Translations under genes and position numbers: made by a program
Part shown: piece by piece, positions 40,351 to 54,267 of the stretch
Position numbering within the stretch: the first letter of the stretch is position 1
How the letters are laid out: every line of letters starts with the position of its first letter
The notes under the pieces: model-generated
Told to the model about the DNA's origin: nothing
Database searches by the model: none
Seen by the model: the letters and a program-made list of their open reading frames with translations, nothing else
Assembly: GCA_028023455.1 (NCBI GenBank)
Contig: JAQFVV010000003.1
Coordinates: 682,001 to 746,000, forward strand
Reading direction: 5' to 3'
Source of the DNA: Epiperipatus broadwayi
Lineage: Eukaryota; Animalia; Onychophora
Length of the DNA: 64,000 bases

Positions 40351-43300
40351 AATCGACTTATTATGATATAATCCTTTTGAACTCCTAATATAATTGATAT
40401 AACAGAAGTTAATTTATAATCAATAAATAAAGAAAAATGAATATTTTAAATTAAAACAACAATTACTATGCTGCAAAATATAAATTCAAACTTAGAAAAA
40501 CATAATTGTCTTATATTTAGGTATATAAATAAATCACTACTTAATCTAAAATTATATTACTATTTATATCAATAAATACTATACATTTTAAATGAAGAGA
40601 AAAAATCTATAGCAATAATAATGATAAATATAAGTAAATGACCCGAGTAATAGCCTTTAATTACATTTCCAAAATAGTACCCTAGTTCTAATGTTTATTT
40701 CTTAAATCACAATTTGATGCTGTTCATTATTCCAGAGAAGGAATGAATATCATGAAAAGCTATAAGATTCAAAGCATATTTGATTTAATGTGATATTTTC
40801 CAAATTCCAAATCTTTTTTAAGCAGAAATTTTATCTATATAATGTAATAAAAGTGAAACACTTATTTATATCCATGACAATATAGTATAGATATTCTTTC
40901 ATTTAGCAAGTAATTAATTCATAAAATTACAAATGAAAAGATGTTAGTTTCATCCATGATGATGCTATGAAAATTGAACTAATATCTCTATTGTATATAA
41001 ATATTCCATCAAACTCATAAAATTATATCAACAGGTGAACATATTCTTGAAGTACACTTTTTCGTTATTAGCATTTAAACATCATCATTGAAAGTAGGTA
41101 ATATCCATCTTTAAAGCAAAGAAATGTTTCATGGTTTTTAAAAGTGCTAAGAACTAATTTTCATGTTTTCAATAAATTGGCATCTCTTACAAATTCAACG
41201 AACCTGTCAAGCCAATAGATGAACATTATTTCTTTCACCCTATGATTCTATCCACCTTACAATCATGTACTTTTAAAAACAAGCAAAAAAAAATATATGA
41301 AGGAACTTAAATTCATTTCTACTAAAGCCAAAATAAGATAGAGCTTGTTTTGTCTGCTGAATTCTATTTATAAGCTTTTTCCATTGATGTAAGCAAAACC
41401 ATTGCAACACTCTGTATTAACTCTTTGGTCAATTCTAGCCAGAGTTTTATAAATAAAAATCTTATTACACAATAATGACAAATAAAAAAAAATTCAAAAT
41501 TATTATATATAACAAACATTTACATTTTAAAAATACAAATAAGATTCTTTCATTCCAACATAAATTAAGCAACTAGGATTATATTTTTTCATACTACAAT
41601 ATACCAGTTACACATATTTTTCAATTATAATATTATACAAACAAAATGTCAAACATTCTTGAGACATTAAACATTTAGGTGTATTATTTGTAATGTACTA
41701 CTACGAATGCAATAACAAAAATATATGTAATAAAGTAAGAATAATAATTTCATCAGTACTAAAGACTTTATTATTTATTTTTAAAACGAATAAAGGCAAG
41801 TCACAATTTTTACAAGCTATAATTAATAATAAACATTTCTTTCTTCAATATTATATGTTGTCATAGCAACATAGTTCAATGCAGTTTAGGTTAATATATT
41901 CACCATTAAAATTAAATAAGAATAGAAAAAAATATGATTAACATTCCATCACATATGCAAATTTATTTCAAATTTCAGTTGGAACAATATATATATATAT
42001 TGTGCTGGTCGATTGATGTATATATTATTTTAATCCAGTTTGAATACCAGGTGAAAGTACCTAGATGCCACTCATATGCGAAATATAAAAATCAAGAATA
42101 CTAAGGCCTCTGCCCTATTCATCTATTTTCGAGTCTAAACATGAACCAACAACATATCCAAGACACACATAAATTATTTTAAAACCATGGCCCACAGCTT
42201 AGCATCAGGGAGCAACAATGGACTAGAATACTAAGTCAAATATGCACATACTATAATGTGAGTTGAGTGTTGATGTGTGCTTGAATCATTGGACAAGTAA
42301 TATAAAAGGTTAAGCTAATAAAAAAATTGAAATAACATTAGAAGACTTAAGCCTTTTAGTTGAAATAATATATTTTAATAAACATAATTTTAAAATATTT
42401 AAAAAGTTTTAACTATCTCCGCTATTCCCCAATTGATTACTGATAATATATTTTACAATGAGGTGGTTGGCAATTGCTTAATATTTTGCAGTCTAAGTAT
42501 TATTTTCCAAATTTAAATAAAATTATTAACTCTTGTCCCCTTGATAAAGCAAAATTAAAATAACTCTTCCACAAACATTCTCTAGTTGCTTTGTGCCTTA
42601 TAAACAATTTTAAAAATATTTAATGATTTCTATAAATAACTATTATTTAAATGTGGAATAAATGCAAACAAAGTAAATGCTATTGAGATCAAGTTGGCAA
42701 ACAAAAGGAAACTTAACTAATATTTAAATGATAGGTATTATTTCAATTGGAAATATTTTAAATGAAAGATAATTTAAACCGCAATAAAACAAGAAAGCAT
42801 ATATATATGACACATTAAAAATGAGAAATAGTGAAGGGGAAAAATTTAAGTATAAAATAGATGATCAAATGAAAGATAAATATAAATCTAATATTACTCT
42901 AATTAGAGAAAAAATGGTTACATTATGAATATATAATAAAATAATGAAACATTTAGTGAAAGGTATTTATAAAAGGTAAAGTAATAGTTCATGAGGAGAT
43001 CTATAAAGTTACCAGTCCTTGTTCCTTTGGTCCAGTTCCCTCAATGTGGTGGCTTGATTATGTACATAGTGATTTGTCCAGACAAAGGGATTTGAAATAT
43101 GCAACATTTTATATGAAGGTCACAGACACAGCCCACAGTTCAGGTTTACTATTGTTTTGACACATTATGGCATTTTGATGGATTTAGGATCCCAATGGCA
43201 GGCAAAGCTGTTGTGCCTAGCCACTGACCATTGTCATGTCCACCAAATTAATAGAACTTTTAACATGTCACATGCTGGAACTCTGAACAGGAATTTTCTG

Positions 43301-43366
43301 CAAAACTAGGACTCCATTGTTTTCTGCATTTGTTTTCAGAGCAACCTAGGAGAATCACTTAAAGCA

Positions 43367-43529
43367 CAAAATCAGAATGATTTAGAGGACAAAATCTAAA
43401 TAACTTCAGGAACAAAATCTGAATGATTTGAAAAGCAAAATCTGCATAATTCGGGAACAAAATCTGAATGATTTTAAAAGCAAATCTGAATCATCTCAGT
43501 ATTAAAAGACAAAAGTCTGAATAATCAGC
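43367..43529. repeat. ~22-bp minisatellite with alternating (45-bp dimer) structure
   Basis: CAAAATCTGAATGATT-like units alternate with endings TCAGGAA/TCGGGAA and TGAAAAG/TTAAAAG. Confidence 0.75.
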
Positions 43530-43902
43530 ATAAGAACCCAGTCTTTTGTTCTCCCCTCCTTTTATACCTTTCTCAAGATACTCTTCTATTGTTTTTCGTA
43601 TGATTTTAGATCTTGATAAGTCCCCTATGCTCCTTTGTTTCAAAGTAACTTTTTGGTAAAAATTAACTTTAATTTCTTATTATCAATTTCTGCATTTAAC
43701 TTTGAGTTTGATTTAATTAAAAAGACCATCTTTAATTTGCCTTGAATGGACTAACTAATTGAACAAATGCCATTCCTTTAGAAATGCTATCAGGTTTATC
43801 TTAAAATAAAATCATATGCCATATTTTAACAAAAATTAAAAGAAAAAATATCTTATTTCTTTTAATAAATTAACATTTTAGTTCAACAGAATTTTGCATT
43901 TA

Positions 43903-43905
<3 letters not shown>

Positions 43906-43946
<41 letters not shown>

Positions 43947-43952
43947 TATATA

Positions 43953-43985
<33 letters not shown>
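43906..43985. repeat. Interrupted (TA)n microsatellite
   Basis: Direct reading. Confidence 0.95.
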
Positions 43986-43988
<3 letters not shown>

Positions 43989-45419
43989 TGATCAATAAAT
44001 TTTGAAAAGGAAATTTTAATAATAATTTACCTTAAACAGAATTTCATTTAAAAAATTTTTTTTAAAAGTAAATAGCTCATTTAATAAGCATTAAATGTAC
44101 AAAATGAAACACGTTAATTTTATATTTAATGCAAAATCCTGTTGATACTTGGATATAAACTTCACCCAGGTTTACAATATCAGTAAGTTTATAGAATGCT
44201 GTGAAGCATGGATCAGACTTCCGGATTCATTGCTTCAATATATTGTAACATAATGAGATTTTATCTCATGTGGTAATAGATTAGCTAAGTTATCATAGTG
44301 AATAAGAGATTCTATCTTGAATCCTTGTGCTTTATATCCACATACCCTTTAATTTCATTCCTGGGAGATATGTTAATAATCACATAAATATTAAACTATA
44401 AACCTACACTCATCTTGTCCTTACTATCTTTCATTTCCATTATTGCCAGGTTTCAAACTCATGGAGAATCTGCATAGTCATCTAGTTCAGGGTATATTAA
44501 TATCACTTCAAATTGAAACATGCATGAATGTGCATAGGTGTATAAGGATAGATGTGAATACATAAATATATATATAAATGTGTAAAAATATCTGTACGTA
44601 TGTGAGGCTATATGACTAATTGAAAATTGAGTATAGAAAAATACACTAAGAGTTTTTAATTTAAACATTTATATATATAATTAACAAATATATTTACAAT
44701 AAGTAACATTTTAATAACAAAATTTATGACAACATATAAAATATTTAATTTAACATCTATGGTTATTTTTTTATTATAGTTTATTTCAATTATTGTTCTA
44801 AACCCTTATCTGTTACAAAGAACAGCCATTTGATGTCCATATTAATATAAATGAAATTTATTTTATACATTGATTGTTTAAATCATTCTTGCTTGCTATA
44901 CCATTATATTGGAATTATAATTTGCTTTATTTTTATTAACTTGATAGGGTAAATTCATATCAATCATAATGATGATATGGGATCTCCCTGTTATATAATA
45001 ATAATTATAATATAGATAGGAAAGACCATTTGTAATAAAAATAATTAGTTAAGTATACTGAAAACATTTAACTAAAATATTAGTATGAACAAACAAAAAG
45101 ATATATACATAATGCTGTAAATGTATAAATGTTGGGAATAAATATGTATGAGGTAAAATCTTATCTTTCTCTTGATGATGATCAGATTTGTAAACAAGAA
45201 AGTTCTCATTGTAACCTATATTTTAACTTATTTATAATAATGGCAACAATATTTATCCATCATGTTACATATTAACACTTATTTCCTCCCTTTTTATATC
45301 CATATTAAAGGAAAGATATGAATGTAAACTTTGATATATAAAATATATAACTAAATAAAATTCATGATGTCAATCTAAATATAGTTTTAAAGTTCATAAG
45401 AAAAAATATCATAGTGAAT

Positions 45420-45700
45420 CATTTTAATAATCCTCATTAATCCATTTCAGGTATTGATGGTAAATTTGTGAGTGTTCTAGAACATCCATTAAGTCACTTG
45501 TACTTTCTATTCTTGGAACTTCTACTTTGGAGTGTAGAGTTGTTTGATTCATTTATTAATGGTAAATTTATGTTTTGTAGCACAGATGTTAAATACTATA
45601 TAAATTTCATCCCAGTTCTGACAATTATTGCTTCATGAATGATTACTTTCTTTTCCTGATGTAATTTTGCAATTAGCAATGCATGGTTGTCTGTATTGCT
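45420..45700 (-). pseudogene. Degraded PLE GIY-YIG domain
   Basis: With frameshifts the minus strand resembles IYAIxCQNCDEIYI(G)xTSVLQNRINLH. Confidence 0.35.
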
Positions 45701-45931
45701 ATTTATTTATTTATTAGAATATCTTGAATGAAATAACAGCGATATTTTCACTATTATATCTTCTTAATTAACCAAGTTAGTTTAATCTATGGTTTAAAAT
45801 TTAGAAACATTTTGGAAATTTGAATAATTTGAATTTAATTTTCAAGATTTCAGTTTCAAATTCTTCAGTTGGCTAGTTTTAACTTGATATGCTTTTTATT
45901 ACTTTCTTGAATATTCAAATAGTGACCTGGG

Positions 45932-45971
45932 CCAACTGATGAGTGCTGGTTTAGCATGAAATGCATCTTGG
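45932..45971 (+). ncRNA. Minimal type I hammerhead ribozyme, intact, related to the 474-bp family
   Basis: gtgacc TGG gCCAA-CTGATGA-GTGCT ggttt AGCAT-GAAA-TGCA-TC-TTGG ggatcac. Stem III is the palindrome ATGCAT and the triplet is AUC. Confidence 0.85.
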
Positions 45972-46355
45972 GGATCACTTGTCTGTTATTGTATCTTTAT
46001 TTATATGAAATTTATAAAGGTTGGGAAAGTATGGAGATTGTTCAATATATCTATGCAGATATTACACATGGAAAAGAGAAAAGTGAATAACTCTGTGTGT
46101 GTATGTTTAAAATTAAAAAATCAGATATGTTAATCTTAACTGAAGTTTAAACTCTATATCTGTGCTAGAGATAATCTCTAGTTTAATGAATCTCTGTCCA
46201 TCACTTTCACCAGTGAGTGGATTCTGGTAGAGGGCACACAGATCTTTAGGATATGATTCATCTTCCTTCTATCAACCATCATTCATCTCTCTTTCTAAGG
46301 ATCCACCTATTAGCCCAGACTAAAAACATATTGTGGTTCAATCTAAACCAACTTG

Positions 46356-46466
<111 letters not shown>

Positions 46467-46988
46467 ATATAGATCTGAAAGCAATTCAGTATTTATAAAT
46501 TATTGTGTTTTTAGTTTTTTTTTAGCAAATATAAGCACTTTTATCCTGTGAACATGACTATATTACATGACTTCAGCTTAATTATTCTGTTTCAGCAAAA
46601 TAATATTTTTTTTCATACCTCCCTTTCATCTGCTGTATTGCTTAGTAACTAGTAGATACTAAATGATAGCACTTAATAAATATTTATCTAGTGCTATCTT
46701 ATCCAATATTCTCAGTATACTTTAAAAAAGAAGGTAAATGATGGCTGCTAAAAGAAGATGCACTAGATCCCAAAGATGTAATTTCATTATTCCATGAAAC
46801 AAAGCAGCTTACTGATAAAAGCAATAAGATTGAAACTACCTAACATCACATGATCACCATTTCTTATGCTTGCTTTTAACAGGCAAAACTCTTCATACAA
46901 TAGTACCATTCAGTGCAAGCCAGATTAATCAATGAAGGCCATAAGGGGTGTGCATAAAATCCCTATCTAGCGCCTACTCATACAATAT

Positions 46989-47028
46989 CCCTAGACTAGT
47001 TTCTAGCTTGTGGCTTTCATCAGTGAGG
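46989..47028 (-). ncRNA. Minimal type I hammerhead ribozyme, core intact; an older inverted relative lies at 46807-46845(+)
   Basis: CCTCA-CTGATGA-AAGC cacaa GCTA-GAAA-CTAG-TC-TAGGG, with stem III palindrome ACTAGT and GUC triplet. The plus-strand relic reads ctta-CTGATAA-AAGCaataagatt-GAAA-CTAC, and upstream flanks are homologous (GATGGCTG..TGCA(C/T)TAGATCC). Confidence 0.8.
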
Positions 47029-48802
47029 AACCTTGGATCTAAGAGCACTGCTCTGAGAGCACTACTCCAAGAGCACTGCACCTAGATCTTAGGATCTAAT
47101 GCAACCTTCCATCAGCCATCTTTTAGGCTTTATTGAAGGGGTCTGGATTAGGTGTGTCATGTAGTTTCTCAGAGGTAAATGATTTAGACAAAATGGTTCA
47201 GTTAGGAATCATAGCCATCTTCTGAGCATAGGATAATGGTTTGAAAGATGTTTGCTAGATTTTATGATTGGGAGCACCATTTAGTGAAGGGAAGTCTTTG
47301 GATTTCTTGTTTAAATTGATTGTTTTATTTGGGTGTTGATACTCAAAATCATTGCAATTGTTTGCAGTAAGTAGTTTAGATACTGAATGTTTACTTTTTT
47401 GAGATAGTTTGGCAGTTTAGACTTAGGTGTGAGGCTTAGAGAAGAAAAGTCAGTACCAATTCCATTCCAGTATAGGTCTGAGAACATAATAGATTCTCTT
47501 ATGAGGTGTAGTCAGTATTATTAATTTGTAAATCGGGTGAGTAGTCAGAATTTGCTGTAGTGGAGGTCTGGTGGTTTAAATTTTGAGGCATATTGATTGA
47601 AGATGTTGATTTAGACCTTATTATTGATATTTATATTTAGCTGTTATAAAGAATTTATTATTATTTTCTAAATATTTATTATATATGCTGTGTGTTAATA
47701 AATTGAATTGCTTTAAAACTAATCTTATTGAAAGAAACAATCAATGTTTATTTGATTTCTATATTACATAAAAAAAGACCAGTATTTTCTTTCTTTCTTT
47801 GCAGTTATACGATAATTACATATTTATTTTGGAGACTTATTAACCCAATGTTGATTTATAAAAGTTTAGTGGATGATTATTTTTTTTATAATTTTTAGTT
47901 TAGCTTTATGTGTTTAATATATAGATGTATATTTGATCTCAGGATTAAGTTCAAAGAAAATAAAAATGGTGATCTCAAAATAAAAAATCAATGAAGTGAA
48001 TATATTTTTGCTAATAAACAAACAAACAAAAAAAGATTATTAATTGTTCATACCATTGAATTCACTTCACTTTAATTCAAATCAATTGATTCCAATTTTA
48101 TTTTTAAACAGGTTTGTTTATGATAACTTTTTTCACATATGTTAAAAACTGCTGGCAATGCAACATGATAATAAAATATTTCAGATTGTCTCCATCTCCT
48201 GGTTTGTTTACTTTAGAGAGTGGTTGGCAGGTAGAATTTTAGATGTAATTCTTTTTGTAATTTTAGATGTATTGATGTCGGTTCATTACGTTTTCAGTGA
48301 TGCACATGAGAAGGTGAAATATATTTTTAAACTCTATTTTTTTTAAAAAAAAAGATTACACTAAAAAATATTATAATGATCAATTAATATAGAAATAAAA
48401 GTAAATATTACTTTCAATTTATTGTAAAAGTTGCTTCTTTTAATATGGACGAAAGTGTTTTTATTGATTTTTAATTTACCATAAATTTTCTTTAAAATGT
48501 AAGACTGCAATAATGCTTTTATTCAGTATTTTAAACAGAAATAATTACAAAAAATATCATTAAAACAATAAAAATAATACATATAAAAGTATTTAAAATA
48601 AAAGTTTTTATTTATTGTAAAAATACTAAAATGTTAAAAATAATATATATATTATAAAATTTTTATTTACTATGCATTAAAAAGACAAAATTGTTTTCTT
48701 CGATCACAATTGGTGTTTTTATATTTATCTTGAAATTAAAGCATGTGGTGTCCAGAAATTAATGCAAAGTAAATAAAACATTTACTATAAAATACATATA
48801 TT

Positions 48803-48969
48803 CACAGTATTATTTCCAGGGTTTTCCGTGTAATAAAAATATAATAGCTAAATAACTGATGTTTCAGTACAATAACAAGTCACAGGAAAGTACTTGTTAT
48901 TGTACAGAAATGTCAGCTATTTAGCTATTATATTTTTATTTCACAGAAACTCTAGGAAATAATACTATG
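48803..48969. mobile_element. Palindromic MITE-like element (~78-bp arms)
   Basis: CACAGTATTATTTCC...GTACAATAACAAGT pairs with ACTTGTTATTGTAC...GGAAATAATACTATG. The loop is 48881-48891, and the right end has a 12-bp duplication. Confidence 0.75.
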
Positions 48970-50074
48970 AATAATACTATGAATTTATTTATCTATGAGA
49001 ATATTAGAAATTTTTTTTTTTTTTGGATATCAAAAATTTTGTAATAATTAGTATGAATAGAAAAATGAAATCGGCAAAATCATATTTCTTTTATGACTTG
49101 GTTGTAAGTTTACGTATGACTATACTTAAGCCACAACCCCTGAATGAAATAATTTATATACAGATATTTATTATAAATAGATAACAATGCAAATTGCTTT
49201 ATAAGAAAAGTTTTAATATGGGATCATATTAATGCAGCATATATAGTTATTTCTATTTGCTAATATTTATAATATTAGACTTAATATCCCATGTAATAAT
49301 ATTTATAAAAAATGCATATTAAATGTTTGCCTGTGTATGGTTGCAAAGTTTATATATATGTTTCATTTTATATTTTTTTCTTCTAAAGATATATCTACTA
49401 TAAAAATTGATATATTTTTTTAAAAAAAATTAAATTTGGAAAATTCATGTTAGCTTGAGTTTAAAATCTTAGCATATTTGAATCTTAAATTATTAGCCTG
49501 GCTAATCTAAAAAAGTTATTGAACCACTGGATGTGCAGATGCAAATCTAATTATCTTCATTAGTTGAATGGCTTTATTGCTCAGGATGTCATCCAGAGTC
49601 AACATTTAATGACTGCACTAAACCACACTTGGCAATGATCTTCACTGATACATGACTAATATCCAGAAACAATAATAAAATTTAGAAAGATAAAAACAAT
49701 TATAACTAAAATTATATATTTAAAATCCATAATTAAAATTCAGTTATGGCATACCATATCAGCTATAGCTTTTTAGGAGTTAATATTCATGTGAATTTTA
49801 AATTTACCAATAATGACCTTTTTATGCACTTTATTTAAGATATACTTTCTAACAATCAATAAGCATGGAATGTAAAAACAGATATAGGTGAAAACAGATA
49901 GGTTTTTTTGCTAATTTTATAAAATGAATAAAATATCCATTACATAGAAACTAAAGGTGAACTATACACAAACAATAATAATAAATCATTTAATTTCTTA
50001 ACTTACAAAATATATAATAAAACAAAAAAAGATATCTGCACTAGTACTATCTATAATAAGTTTTAGAAATTATT

Positions 50075-50520
50075 AATTACCAGATGATACTGTATTTTAA
50101 ATCTCTATCCATAGACTTATTCCTGGATTTTGCTTTTATCAGTAAGGCTTAAAATTCAATTTTGGAAATAATGCAGTTAAATGTCTAACAACTAAAATTC
50201 TATTTTATGGTTCAAACTAAAAGCCCAAAATTCAAAAGACTCTAAGTTGTTAATTCATACCAATTTTCTTGGACAATTAAATTATATAGACTTGACTCCA
50301 AATTAGTAATTATATATTTTAGTAACTTCAAATTATCCACTCACTAAGAATGTTAATAATAGAAGATCAATTTCTTAGCTTATAGCAATAAAAACAGATT
50401 AGCTCTCTACTTTATTACCAATTATAGGATGTTTAATAAGCAAAGATTAGCAGATGACAATGCACTTAAATCTCTACTCCCAGACTAGTTTCCGATTTTT
50501 GCCTTTATCAATAAGAACTA
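50075..50520 (-). repeat. Two decayed tandem copies (~365-bp period) of the 46989-type HHR family
   Basis: CAGATGA..TG.A.TT.AAATCTCTA..C.AGACT recurs near 50082 and 50450. Minus-strand relics read CTGATAA-AAGC..GAAT-AAG-TC (~50110-50148) and TTGATAA-AGGC..GAAA-CTAG-TC (~50479-50515). Confidence 0.5.
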
Positions 50521-51037
50521 TTTTATGAGCTGTTCTTGTGTTATTATGTACTAAGCTAAAAAATTAAGCAATTTTCTATTATTATTATTTCTAGACAGAG
50601 AAAAAAGATATACTTAATGTTAACAATAATTGGAGATAATAATATATAGAGTTCTGGAATCTGATTTATGTAATTGTTTAAGTGAGCTGGCTTAGATTCA
50701 AAACTTTAGAATATTTTTAATTTCAAGCCTTTAGCTTGAATATTAAAACATAATTAAAGCTGTTGATTCATAACTAAATTACATCTAGCTTTGAATACTA
50801 ATCTTTATTCATAAAGAAAAACGTCAAAACAAAACAAAAAATCGCTTTGGGGATAGAGATTTAAATATACTATCATTCAGAAAAGCACTAATTAGTCATG
50901 CATACTATAGATGGTGCTAAAGTGGAGGGCTGCTCTTATTTTATAATACATAAACAAGCCGTGTTTAATTCTTTAATAAAAACTTATTAAATATGTTAAA
51001 TTATTCCAAAATATTTAGTATTAGTATTTTATAACAG

Positions 51038-51156
51038 ATTATCTATTTGTTTGGGATTTAGTGCAGCAGTAGAATACTGGAATGTAAGATGTCAGGATCA
51101 ATTTTCACCTGAGAAAGCTCAATTTGCTCATTTTTTCTGCTCAACTTACTTATTAG
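51038..51156 (+). CDS. Candidate internal coding exon of an unidentified host gene (119 nt)
   Basis: Acceptor ttttataacag, open frame LSICLGFSAAVEYWNVRCQDQFSPEKAQFAHFFCSTYLL, donor gtaatg. Composition is protein-like amid AT-rich DNA. No partner exons were found. Confidence 0.4.
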
Positions 51157-53923
51157 GTAATGAGAATCTCTGATAACTTCTAAAGCAACTTATTGTGCAA
51201 ATACTTTTACTTGACAGATTATTTAAACACTCGGTGTCCAAGGAATTTTTCTGTTATTTTGTTTTTACAAAGTACATTTCACATCATATATAATAAAATG
51301 TATAAAAAATAAATTGTTTTCGAACGGGGTTTAGCTTATAGACTGTAATTAGGGAATCCCTGGTTTAAATTAAGAAAATATTTGTACCACGATTTTTTAT
51401 AAAGTGATTATAACAATCTATTATGACTCAGATTTACAATTTGAAAGCTTTTTAAAACTTGAAAATAAATTTATCCTGCAGCTTAAAATAATCCAATATA
51501 CTTTAACATATTTAATAACTTTTTATTAATCTTTGTTTTCAATCCTTTTTAGAAACAGTAATTTAAATGCTGAGAAATATAATTAGTTCAACTATTATTA
51601 TTTTTTATATCTCTTTTCTCTATGATTTTTTCCTTCTATCCTGTCAATATTTATATAACAACCCACTTCAAAACCTCTTTTTTCTTTGCAGTTTTTCTTA
51701 AAATTATAAGCATAGCGGATGACAAAGATATTTTAATAGTCTATAAAGATTATTAGTTAAACACTGTCCACTTTGGACCAATTAAAACGAATATAAATTT
51801 ATTTCTGCTTTACTGCCAAATATCTCATTACTTACAGCTAGTTAGATTTGTTTAAAAGTTCAAATGAAAAAAAAAGAGAGAAAATAAACTGCCAGCAATC
51901 AGCACAGTTGTAAGGATGCAAAGGTTACTTGTGAAAAGATCACAGGTGAAAGGTCAAAGATAAGATCAAAGGTGAGATAGCTTTTCCTGTGGGAGAATTG
52001 CCAGTTCTACCCAACTTGAAAGATTGATAGCAAAGCTGTGAGTTAAGCTGATAGCCATCATATGACACAACAGCAATTAATCCTCGACTACACCTCTAAC
52101 CTTAATTAACATCCCGCTAGGAGGTTTATAAGACAATTTATTAACAAATGATATGGTACAAATAATTGTGTATACAAACTCACATAGCTGCATATATGTG
52201 TTTATAAAAAATGTGTACAGCATTTATACATATATTAGCGTATTTATAAATACTATAACACACATTGATTATAAGTATATACAATTATTTGTGCATGTGT
52301 TCAACTACATGTGTACGTATGCGTATAATATTAAAAACATATGTATGCACACATTTATAAAATGGATGTTTATATACAAAATGTATATGCGTATATTCAA
52401 ATAAAGCTAACACATATATTTCTATATGTCTGTAATATATACTAAAAAGATATTGTTCTTCTGCAATAAATAAGACCAAACATTTGTTTTAATAGTATCT
52501 GAAATAAGTAATTTTTTAAAGTCAGTAATTTTTCAAAAGTATAATTTCAAAAGCATGTAAATAAATGACAATCTGAAGAAAAGTCTGCCTTTGTAACAAA
52601 TTCTATTCTTAAAAAAAACAAAAACATTGTTTATTTAGAATCACATTGCATGTAAAAAAAAAAAAGTCAATGATATAAAAAAATGAATTATAAGACCTTT
52701 ATAAAAAAACAAAATGAAATTATTTCTATATAAAATATCAATGGCATCTGTCATAACTCTAACTTGAACATATAGATGATCTCATGATGGAAAAGATCGA
52801 GGTAATATAAGTAAAAGAGCAACATAAGGTTACTTTTCTCTCAGAAAATGGCAAAAGAATGATAGAAATAAATTCCTTTTTCAATAACATTTACAAGTGA
52901 CTTAAAGTGAGGCTAAATATTAACGATAAAGGTTTATTGATTATTTAGATCATTATTGTAATGATACATTTATTTTATTAAACAAGGAATAAATCTCTGT
53001 ACATTTGCAAACATTGTCAATTAAAATGAACATTCTCATTGGTTTATAAGTCTAACAATAAACCAGGTAAAGAAGTTTCAGTTTTAATCATTAATTGATT
53101 TATTACTAGCAAAATTCAACCCTCTGATTGTGCATATTATAGAGTTCCTGTTTTTATTTCTGGATATTTATTACTTAAAAAGATGGAACTATTACTAAAT
53201 AGAGAGATGACATCATGAAAGATGTAGAAGAGTTCTATCAAAAATTATATATTAATAAAGACAAGGAAAAGTACCTCCTACAACATCTTATGAATTGACC
53301 GGGATTTTAAATGAAGATATGAGGAGGCATTCAAGTAAATTTATGAAAAAAATAAAAACTCCATACAGTAATGATGGAATTATAATCAATACCTCAAAAG
53401 AAGCAGCTGAAGAAATATAATTTACTTTGGTAAAGTTATATATCAAATGTCTAAATGATAAAGATGTACCGGATTATTAAAAGAATGCAGTATTAATATT
53501 TAAAAAAAAGATGATAAGGAAGGTATTAGAAATTATAGATCTATCAGTCTTTTATTAATTTTATACAAAATTTTTACTAAGATAATTACAACTTGTTTTC
53601 AAAAAACTTTGGAATTTAATCAAGCCAATGTACAAAATGGATTTAAAAGAAGTTTTAGTACAGTGGATCATATCCAAGTATTGAGAAAAGTTATAGAAAC
53701 AATCAATTAATATGAGTTGCTATTATTCTTTAAATTTGTAGATTATGAAAAGGAATTTGATTCTATAAGCATTTCTTCAGTAATTAAAGCATTAGATCAC
53801 CAAGGTATAGATCCAGGATATTGTCATATTCTGAAGAATATTTTATATAATTGCAATTTATTTAAACTTTTCTTGGAAAAATGTAAATCAATATAACTAA
53901 TACATACAACATATACAATAAAA

Positions 53924-53997
53924 AAGCTTGTTTAATACTTTAAATTAAAAATGTTAAATATATGTAACATTTTAATTTGAAAGTATTAAACAAACTT
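53924..53997. repeat. 74-bp near-perfect palindrome inside the RTE insertion
   Basis: AAGCTTGTTTAATACTTTAAATTAAAAATGTTA pairs with TAACATTTTAATTTGAAAGTATTAAACAAACTT. Confidence 0.75.
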
Positions 53998-54089
53998 TTC
54001 TTAGTTTATATGTTGCTTATTTATACTGATGAATATTTAAAATATATAATTAGATATTTATTTATATAGCACTATGTTTTAATCTGTAA

Positions 54090-54267
54090 CAATCATTAGG
54101 ACTCACTCCATTACACATATGCTGTATAGATTTAAACACTTAAAAAAACATAGAATGATTCATTTTATCTTTTAAAAAGACTTTATCTTGTGTTTGGAAA
54201 GGATAATATTCCTTAAAGTGTTTAAATCTATACAGCATATGTGTAATGCAGTGAGCCCTAATGATTG
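54090..54267. repeat. Inverted repeat, 52-bp arms, 74-bp spacer
   Basis: 54090-54141 is the reverse complement of 54216-54267 with 2 mismatches. Confidence 0.85.
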
